Of a DNA stretch of 64,000 nt, positions 51,188 to 58,600 are shown piece by piece. Where the stretch lies: assembly GCA_013286045.1 (NCBI GenBank), contig JABDGM010000011.1, positions 1,944 to 65,943 on the forward strand. The letters are read 5' to 3'. The stretch is from Planctomycetota bacterium (lineage in GTDB: Bacteria > Planctomycetota > Planctomycetia > Pirellulales > Lacipirellulaceae). The translations under genes were made by a program, and so were the position numbers. The notes beneath the pieces were generated by a model, which saw only the letters and a list, made by a program, of their open reading frames with translations, did not search any database and was not told where the DNA came from. Position 1 is the stretch's first letter. Each line of letters begins with the position of its first letter.

Positions 51188-51374
51188 TGCACTTCAGCCA
51201 GAAACTTCGACTATTCCCTAACGCGTAGCCCATTATTGTAATGCGCGAATACTAGGTACAAATCATATGGGTTGTTAGCGACTCAACGCGGTTGAGGCTC
51301 CCAATATTGTGGCAACGCCTGTCGCATCTGCCGCGAGCCACACGATCATCCCCAGCCCAACGGCAACGAGCATA

Positions 51375-51791
51375 TCAGCGCCTCGAAAAGAAAGCCAACG
51401 TACCAAGCACGGTGAATCGCTTTAGCATCCACGGTGCTGCTCCAAGAACGCCAATCGAAAGGACAAGCAGCCACTGTGGAAATACCAACGACCATATACC
51501 CTGGGATTCATCTGGATAGTAGCCGACAGACAAATGACCTATCAAATCTGGTGGGGCTTCAAGGGGACGAACGTAATTCTCCCAGGTATTCCGTCCCGGC
51601 TGAGCGATAATTGAGGCAGTAAACACCCCGTTCTCTGAAACAACAGCCCTGGAGTGGGTGGGCCCTCGGAAGCCAAAACTATCCAACGTCCAATAGCTGC
51701 GCACCAAAAGCGCGATCAGCAGCACCGCCACCATTCCCCACGCCACCGACCACGCGATTCGCAACGACTTTAGAAGTGTAGCGCGGGACAT
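51375..51791 (-). CDS. Membrane protein, paralog B (C-terminal helix displaced by a frameshift)
   Basis: Shares LRIAWSVAWGMVAVLLIALLVRSYW with paralogs A and C. It ends prematurely at ...KRFTVLGTLAFFSRR. The family C-terminal motif (LVAVGLGMIVWL) is readable in another frame at about 51340-51375. Confidence 0.55.
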   Translation of the reverse strand: MSRATLLKSLRIAWSVAWGMVAVLLIALLVRSYWTLDSFGFRGPTHSRAVVSENGVFTASIIAQPGRNTWENYVRPLEAPPDLIGHLSVGYYPDESQGIWSLVFPQWLLVLSIGVLGAAPWMLKRFTVLGTLAFFSRR

Positions 51792-51949
51792 TATTCAATA
51801 ACTTCGGAAGGATCGATCTTTGGGCGGCTCCAGAATTTGAAACCGCAGTAGGGACAAGATACTTCATAGCACAGACCAATCTTAGTGCTGTCAACCTTCA
51901 ACGTACCGACTCTAACCGTTCGTAAGAATAGCGATTCCTGCCGTTTCAT
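51791..51949 (-). CDS. Unlisted 52-aa Cys-containing ORF coupled to paralog B
   Basis: My translation: MKRQESLFLRTVRVGTLKVDSTKIGLCYEVSCPYCGFKFWSRPKIDPSEVIE. Its TAA overlaps the paralog B ATG (TAATG at 51789-51793). It is below the track's 60-aa cutoff. No clear SD site is present. Confidence 0.3.
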   Translation of the reverse strand: MKRQESLFLRTVRVGTLKVDSTKIGLCYEVSCPYCGFKFWSRPKIDPSEVIE

Positions 51950-52130
51950 ATTGGCAGGCTTTCCACATTTGGTGCAGAGAGTTGCTGTGGGAAAAGCTAC
52001 GGTACACCGTTCGCGATTATGCGTCCGCCGCGAAGTTGAGTATGCGGGATTGCATACGCCCTTTGCAACGCTTTCTTATGACACCATACCTACAACGCAA
52101 TTCGCAGTTTCCGCTGTTTCTTATTCGTGG

Positions 52131-52544
52131 CTAACTCAGCCACACGATCAGCCCCAACCCAACGGCAATGAACGTCGTGGCGATTAGGAGAGTGCGGAGG
52201 GAGAAGCGGTAGGAAATCAATGAGGTTGCCCCAATTGCAGCAATGCAAGTAACAAGCGTCCAATGAGGTACGCGTACCTGCGCAGCCGTTGGGGTCGCAT
52301 GGGCTGTTTCACTGCGGCTTGAAGTTAACTCGCTTTGAAACGGCAGATAGCGGCTTATCCTTACCGATTTGGCCCAGGTAATTCCGCAGTCGAAATACAC
52401 TGTGCCGTTCGCGGAAACCACGTTGTGTGTACGAGCATGTACGGAATCTAAACACGCGTAGCTTCTCACCCACAACGCAACTAACAGCACCGCCACGCTT
52501 CCCCACACCACCGACCACGCGATTCGCAGCTTGGGGTGTTTCAT
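52131..52544 (-). CDS. Three-TM membrane protein, paralog C
   Basis: LRIAWSVVWGSVAVLLVALWVRSY ... YRFSLRTLLIATTFIAVGLGLIVWLS. The last ~75 nt are nearly identical to paralog A. Confidence 0.65.
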   Translation of the reverse strand: MKHPKLRIAWSVVWGSVAVLLVALWVRSYACLDSVHARTHNVVSANGTVYFDCGITWAKSVRISRYLPFQSELTSSRSETAHATPTAAQVRVPHWTLVTCIAAIGATSLISYRFSLRTLLIATTFIAVGLGLIVWLS

Positions 52545-52549
52545 CGGTG

Positions 52550-52750
52550 CTACTGCTGCGCTGATGGGAAATTATTGTTCGGGTCGCTGTTTATCTGTTT
52601 GCGAGCAGCTTTAGTGCCCAGCAGGGCAAGCATAACAGCGGAAGCAATTCCGACGATTGCTAAGATCCATCGCTGCGTACCAAGGCTCGCCAAAACTGAG
52701 CACCCGGCTCCGGTCGCAGCGGCAAGTATCATCAGGTGCGAGGTTTTCAT
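52550..52750 (-). CDS. Small two-TM membrane protein (66 aa from ATG at 52750)
   Basis: MKTSHLMILAAATGAGCSVLASLGTQRWILAIVGIASAVMLALLG. It is co-oriented and tightly packed with its neighbours (6-nt gap to paralog C). Confidence 0.45.
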   Translation of the reverse strand: MKTSHLMILAAATGAGCSVLASLGTQRWILAIVGIASAVMLALLGTKAARKQINSDPNNNFPSAQQ

Positions 52751-52783
52751 CCCACCATCCAACCTCGCATGTTGGCTAGCAGC

Positions 52784-53029
52784 TCATTCTAGGCCATTGG
52801 CCAGAACGCGGCCGATAGGCTTGGCCAAAGTGACCATTAGGGCGCCGATAACGATTGGCGCTAGCGACCAAATGATCGATGCAACGGAAAGCGAGGAACT
52901 CTGGTCGCTAATACGGTTTGCCCACGCGACCATACGCATCGCCTGTATAAAATCGATGATGCCTTGAAGTATGATTACAAGTCCCGCCGTTAGAACCAGT
53001 AACGTGCCTAGTTTATCGTATTGATTCAT
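52784..53029 (-). CDS. Small two-TM membrane protein (81 aa from ATG at 53029)
   Basis: MNQYDKLGTLLVLTAGLVIILQGIIDF...IIWSLAPIVIGALMVTLA. The track start at 53065 is GTG. Confidence 0.45.
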   Translation of the reverse strand: MNQYDKLGTLLVLTAGLVIILQGIIDFIQAMRMVAWANRISDQSSSLSVASIIWSLAPIVIGALMVTLAKPIGRVLANGLE

Positions 53030-53079
53030 GGCTCTGATTCTACCGTGCACGAAAAAGCCCGCCACGCGGCGCGGGGAAG

Positions 53080-53301
53080 CTAGTGTGTGGGATTTACTTT
53101 TTTCTTGGGTTTAAATGGGTCCCAAATCAGAGTCGATAGGACGAAAATCCAGCAAGCAAAGGGCGCGAGCTGCATCCACCGAAAGCCGCCGACATCAACC
53201 CAATCCATAATCAGTCCGATTGGGCAAAGCACGATGACAATCCAGCGGGCTATTACTCCGATGCGTTGACGGCGAGTTCGACTAGGTCTTTGATTGTCCA
53301 T
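53080..53301 (-). CDS. Small two-TM membrane protein (73 aa)
   Basis: The ATG-started ORF has two hydrophobic helices (IARWIVIVLCPIGLIM; LAPFACWIFVLSTLIW) and a basic N-terminus. Confidence 0.45.
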   Translation of the reverse strand: MDNQRPSRTRRQRIGVIARWIVIVLCPIGLIMDWVDVGGFRWMQLAPFACWIFVLSTLIWDPFKPKKKVNPTH

Positions 53302-53355
53302 AGACGCATCGTAGCAGCGGACGACCCTGGTATCGAACAGCAGTGCCGGCGCTCG

Positions 53356-54003
53356 TTAGACGCGATTGTGTGAGGTCGGTCTGCGGCGACGACTTGAATA
53401 GCCGACGATCGCTACGGCAGACAGCAGCGTCGATGATGGTTCGGGAACGGCAAACAATCTGAATCCCCAGCCGCCAGCGTTAGAAGGTGGAGAACTGTCA
53501 ACTTCCCAGAACGCCGTATTGTAAAGCATTCCCCCTTCTATCTCACCCGCCGCAGCCGGAATGGATCCGGGAGTTCCAGCGTGATAGAGGTTCGATATAC
53601 TCTCAACCGTCCAGCCTAAATGGCTAGGCACATGAATGCCAGGCGCATCAATGCTGAAAGTGGTCGGGGTTCTCGGTTGAAGTACAGCGTGCTGCACGGG
53701 ACTGCTCCACAACAGTATTCCGGGATCATTGATCACGCCTTATGGAACCCAAAAATTAACCCGGTAAGTCATGTCGCCAATCACTCCGCCGCCGAATTCG
53801 TAGAGCATTACATCTATTCGCGTTATTTCGCGGGATGTGCCGGTTAGATCGACGATTTCGCCCCCTTGTCGTCCGGATTCAAGTGTGATGCCACCTCCGG
53901 CCTGCGTTGCGCCAGTGATGCTGTCGAACACAACTTCGCGAGGGGCCGGACGCACAGCTGCAGCGGCGGCAACAAGAATGCTGGCGAGTATAGGTATGCG
54001 CAT
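53356..54003 (-). pseudogene. Secreted PEP-CTERM protein interrupted by an in-frame TAA
   Basis: Track ORFs 53740..54003 (signal peptide MRIPILASILVAAAAAV...) and 53356..53736 (...FAVPEPSSTLLSAVAIVGYSSRRRR) share one frame. They are separated only by a TAA at 53740-53742 plus one Gly codon. Confidence 0.6.
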
Positions 54004-54059
54004 TGGTGGCTTTCCAGAAACAGCCCCTCAGATGCGAATCATAATCGTTCGATTGAGGT

Positions 54060-54662
54060 CTAGCTATTCCTGTGCCGTCTCAATAACCCCAGCATCCCGA
54101 GCAGTAGCAGCGTAGCAGTGGCGGGCTCGGGGACGTATGTAATCGGTTTGTCAGAATTAAAGCGAAAGCTGCCAGTATTCCACGGTGTCTTGATACCGTC
54201 ATCGTACATGGTGAAGTCTGCCGCGTACGCAAGAAGTCTTCCAGTAGAATCGAAGTCGGATTGAAGCACCTGAAAGAAGTCCGCTGACGTATTATCGCCC
54301 CGGCCATCGCCAGAGAATGCTAACCCGGGATGGCCAGCGATCTCGAAAGGGTATGCCTGCGCATTTGGATAATAGCCGACCGTCGCAAGCGTGTTGCCGG
54401 GCCCAAGAAAATCGAGATCCCACAGCTCATCGTTAGCGGGCGCAATTGCCCTCCGCACTGAGAATTTTATGTCGTTTGTGTCAACGCCTTCGTTAAAAAT
54501 TCGGCGGCCTTCGAAAGACCCTTGCGACGGCGTGATGATGCGAGTCAGTCCGCCACCGACAAATGCAATATTTGAACTTGTAAAGTAGAGAACAGTCGCG
54601 GCGCGCGATGCAATGGGTGACGCAATCACCAGCAGGCATCCCAAGATGATAAGTCGTTTCAT
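54060..54662 (-). CDS. Secreted PEP-CTERM protein (200 aa)
   Basis: Signal peptide MKRLIILGCLLVIASPIASRAA. C-terminus VPEPATATLLLLGMLGLLRRHR. Confidence 0.7.
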   Translation of the reverse strand: MKRLIILGCLLVIASPIASRAATVLYFTSSNIAFVGGGLTRIITPSQGSFEGRRIFNEGVDTNDIKFSVRRAIAPANDELWDLDFLGPGNTLATVGYYPNAQAYPFEIAGHPGLAFSGDGRGDNTSADFFQVLQSDFDSTGRLLAYAADFTMYDDGIKTPWNTGSFRFNSDKPITYVPEPATATLLLLGMLGLLRRHRNS

Positions 54663-55136
54663 TGGCTACTACACTATCGTTCGATCTCGCCAGAACGCCG
54701 ACACTATCCTCTCACCCGATGGTGGATGTTGCAATCAGAAGTGCTATGGGTTGTGGCGAGATTGACCTTTTCGCTGGGCTGAGGCAGAGTGGCGGGCGTC
54801 GGAATCAAGTTTCATTGCGGAACATGAAACCGACCGGGCTTAGTAACCCATTACGAGGACAATCTGGTGTTAACCATAAGGGCCAGTAGGCCCGACAGAT
54901 TGCGTGCATGTTTATGCCGTGATCCGCGAAGGCGGGGAGCGATGGGATCACGCTCACTTTGAAGCCCTGGAGTTTGGCATCCTCGGCTTCGCTTCAACTC
55001 AGACCATACTTTGCCAGCGTTTCGGACGCTGCTGCTGACCCGATTTCTCGCACTTCACTGTCTCTCGCGGACCGACTCCGCCACCCGCTCTTTGCACCCT
55101 TCAGCGCGAAGACGACAGCGTGGTGAGATCGATTAG

Positions 55137-55326
55137 TCGGTCCGCATAGCAGAGAAAATGTCCTCGTAGCGTCCGCGCTGAATTAAGTTCCTTCGGGTAA
55201 CAAATATCGGATTTTATAGGTCGGTCCGCATAGGTCCGCATAGAAACAAGAAATAAGAGTTTTAGCATCGGGAGAAAGAGGGCAGCTATGTATAGGGAGT
55301 ATATTGTGTGAGGTTGTGCGGACCTA
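55137..55326. repeat. Cluster of GGTCCGCATAG-type short repeats (three direct, one inverted)
   Basis: TCGGTCCGCATAG at 55137-55149 and 55221-55233. Perfect tandem GTCCGCATAG x2 at 55224-55243. Inverted TGCGGACCTA at 55317-55326, the reverse complement of 55231-55240. The surrounding region appears AT-rich and non-coding. Confidence 0.6.
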
Positions 55327-55357
55327 CGCGGACGCGAGGAGTTCAGGTGCCGAGCCC

Positions 55358-55522
55358 ATGACGCAACGCATGCGCAATCCACGTCTTGAAATCGAGTACT
55401 GCACTCAGTGCCGGTGGTTACTGCATATCCGCGCTTTCTAGCTACGATCCAATTCAGCCACCATCGGCCCCCTGGATCAGGGTGGTGCACCCACCCTTTT
55501 CGATTTTCTTGGCGTGAACTAA
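55358..55522 (+). pseudogene. Decayed Rdx/SelW-like (CxxC redox) gene remnant
   Basis: MTQRMRNPRLEIEYCTQCRWLL matches the N-terminus of bacterial SelW/SelT/Rdx-family proteins (PR..I.YCTQC.WLLRAAW). An in-frame TAG (55439-55441) sits about where the family Trp is expected. The remaining frame keeps only faint similarity and ends early. Confidence 0.4.
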
Positions 55523-55615
55523 GCTCGCCTCACGAATTAGACATTATTCACCCAATCCACTATCCTGGGGGGTGCTGGATTACAACCGAAATTCCGTTGA
55601 CCAGTCAGAGTACTA

Positions 55616-58600
55616 ATGAGAAGTTTTTTGCCGAATGTTTGTGCGCATATCACGATCAGCGCAGCAATTCTTGTTTGTCCGTTTCAATTAGTTGTTACCC
55701 ATTGCTTGGCTCAATCAAGCAGTTGGCAAATTGGAACCAGTTCAGGCGACTGGTTTGACGCAACACACTGGAACAATGGTGTTCCCAACGGACCGGGTGC
55801 AATCGCGATATTACCGGGATCGAGTTCTTTTCATGTTCAAGCTAACCAGCCATTCACGCTTGGAGAGTTGGACTTCACAGGGCCACTGCAAACAAATGTG
55901 TTTGGTACAGGCCAACTGGTATTTGATCAGCCTGGTGCAGGCTCCGCATTGATTCGAGCCGACTCAGGTGCTTCGGGCGCTGCGATAAATGCGACTATCA
56001 GCATTCCGCTTTCCATAGCAGCCGGCGAGACCTTAGCCATCGATCTAGCGGCGCCCACGACGCTCTCTTTGGGATCTATCGTTGCTGGAAGTGGTAATGT
56101 TATCAAGACAGGACTCGGAACACTTATGTTGGCCGGTTCGAGTCCAATGTGGGACGGCACTTTTTCGATAACCAGTGGGCGCGCGGTTCTTTCCGGAGCA
56201 AGCGCACTCGGATCGACAGTTGGCAATACCACAGTGAGCGGTGGAGCGATCCTGACATTGCAAAGCAGTACCGCCGAGCCAATTGAGTTGAACAGCGGCA
56301 CAATGCAGGTGAATACGACAGCCGCAATTACCCTGAGCAATCCAATCCAGCTGACCGGAAATGGCACGATCAGTAACGCATCGACGACGGTCGCCACGAC
56401 GTTCAACAACGTAGTTAGTGGAACCGGCGACGCGACCTTTCAAAATAGCGCCTCCGCAGCAATGATCATTGGCGGAAATAGCACGTACACCGCTCACACG
56501 TACGTCTCTGGCACCAGCTTTCGAGCCACCAGTTCGAGCGCGTTCGGCGATTCGTCGAATGGTACGACGCTTCAGAGCGGAACGCTTTCGGTAGAGGCTT
56601 TAACCGATGAGTTATTCACAGTCGCTGGGGGAACGCTCACCTTTACGTCTGCACTGGCGAGCTACAACCACGCCGTTACTGTGGACGGCGGTACGCTCAG
56701 TTTGCCAGGGGTCGCGACAGCATTAAACGTCCCAGTAATTGCTGGGCCAAATGGTGGCCGAGTCCAATTTGTGGGCACTGGAAATTGGACCGGAGGCTCA
56801 AGCGGCACCGGCAATTTGCAATTAGTCGGCTCCGTAAACGTCAACGGATCCCTGAGCCATAGTGGCAGCCTGACTATCGATCGAGCCAAGCTTAACACTG
56901 CGAACTCGTACCAGGGTGATACGATCGTTACGGGCGCATCGGAATTGGATAATGCGGGCGGCTTCGGTTCGTCCCCAGCGGTTCATATTCGAAATAACGG
57001 TGCATTGACTCTTAACGTCCAACCAAATGTTTCGCCCCAATACTTTGTTGAACAGGGTACGCTGACATTCGCGAACCCGACTCAGCCTGTTACAGCACCA
57101 ATAACACTCGGTGGATCGACTGCGAACAATGGCGGCGCGGCAGCGTTGGTCGGGCCTGGCGTTTTCAATGGACCAATTCACCTTGATCCAGCGGGCGTAA
57201 ACAATCAGCGCATTACGAATGCGACGCTCAACGGCCAGATAAATGGCGATGGCGCTTTAAAGTTAAGTGGAACGGTAAACGTCAACGCTGCTAATGATTT
57301 TCGCGGCTGGACCGAAGTCACCGATGGGACGGTGACCATCAACAATCCTGCAGCTTTGAACTTGGGCGCTACATCGGTATCGGGGGGGCATCTAGTACTC
57401 AACGTGCCAGCCAACGGTAATGTCATTACAAATCAGAGCTTTTCCACCACAGGTACCGTCACTTTCAACGCGCCGCAAAATTACAACGGTGCGTGGGTCG
57501 TCAACGCCGGCGCCATTGAAGCGGCAGCACAAGTCGGCATGCCTAACTTGATTGGACTGGGTGGCACGATTCGCGGTATTGGAAGTGGCACCTTCCGGCT
57601 TGATGGCGACATGACCGCACTGCGTAGCACGGCGATCGAAGGTGGCATTAGCGGCAGCGGCAACATTGATTTCAGCGGTGCCGAATTACGCGTCGCACAA
57701 AATCTCTCAAACTTTACCGGCGCTTTTAACATTCATACCGGACTACTATCAATCGGCTACTTGAGTTCCGGATTCACAGCACCAACGACGCTCAATAGCG
57801 CTTCGGATATCAATATCTATGATGAAGCCACACTAAACTTGCCAAACGCCACTTCGTCGACCGGTAACGTTATTCCCAACAACATATTTTTGCACAACGC
57901 TCATGGATACTTCGGTTACGCTGCTGCGCTTATGGGCAATCCGGGCAACGGCTCGCAAACTCTAAGCGGTCATGTTGATGTGGGCGACCAAGGATCGACA
58001 ATTGTTGGCAATTTTCTCATCACTGGTCGGCTCACCGGCAGCAATCCCAACTTCGCCTACGGGGGAATCGAATTAGCTAATACCCAAGATCAGCTGCGTG
58101 GTGTCGTTCGTCTGACTCAGCAAGCAGCTTTGCATTTCGACGATCAAGGAAAGCTGTTCGGTGCGAGCGAGATTCGAATCGAATCGGGAAGTACGCTCTC
58201 CTTCGGAGGTAGCAGTTCCAACGATCGCTTGGATGATGCCACCGGAGTTGATTCGCTCGGCGGCTTTATCCAGCTGTATTCAAATACCACTTCCCAGACA
58301 AGGGAGACATTAGGCACGTTGAAACTATTGGCAGGAAGTACCCAGCTTTTTATCAGCTCAGATCACGACGGAACCCAAGCAGCAGCACTGACAATTAATA
58401 ACCTTCAGCGTCTCCCTGGAGCTACACTTCACTTTGCCCAGGCCGGCTTTCAAAACACGGTAAAAGTTAATAATGGAATTGACCTGAAGTACGGCATGAT
58501 CGGTCCCTGGGCGACTACTAGCGATGGTTTTGCAACTGTCGGCGCCAACGGCGTGATCACGACGCAAAGCACCACAATGTTCGCCGACATCAATTCTGCG

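Noticed and set aside
55221-55243. Tandem short repeats here and at 29669-29696 and 49626-49653, considered as possible CRISPR or other arrays.
   Set aside because: Units are only 10-11 nt with no spacers and only two copies each. There are no cas genes. This is not CRISPR.
55101-55758. 129-aa (-) ORF at 55101..55490 and 116-aa (+) ORF at 55408..55758 in the AT-rich gap before the PATR gene.
   Set aside because: Both have odd composition and no motifs. They overlap the repeat cluster and the Rdx remnant, and the latter also runs into the PATR gene's start.
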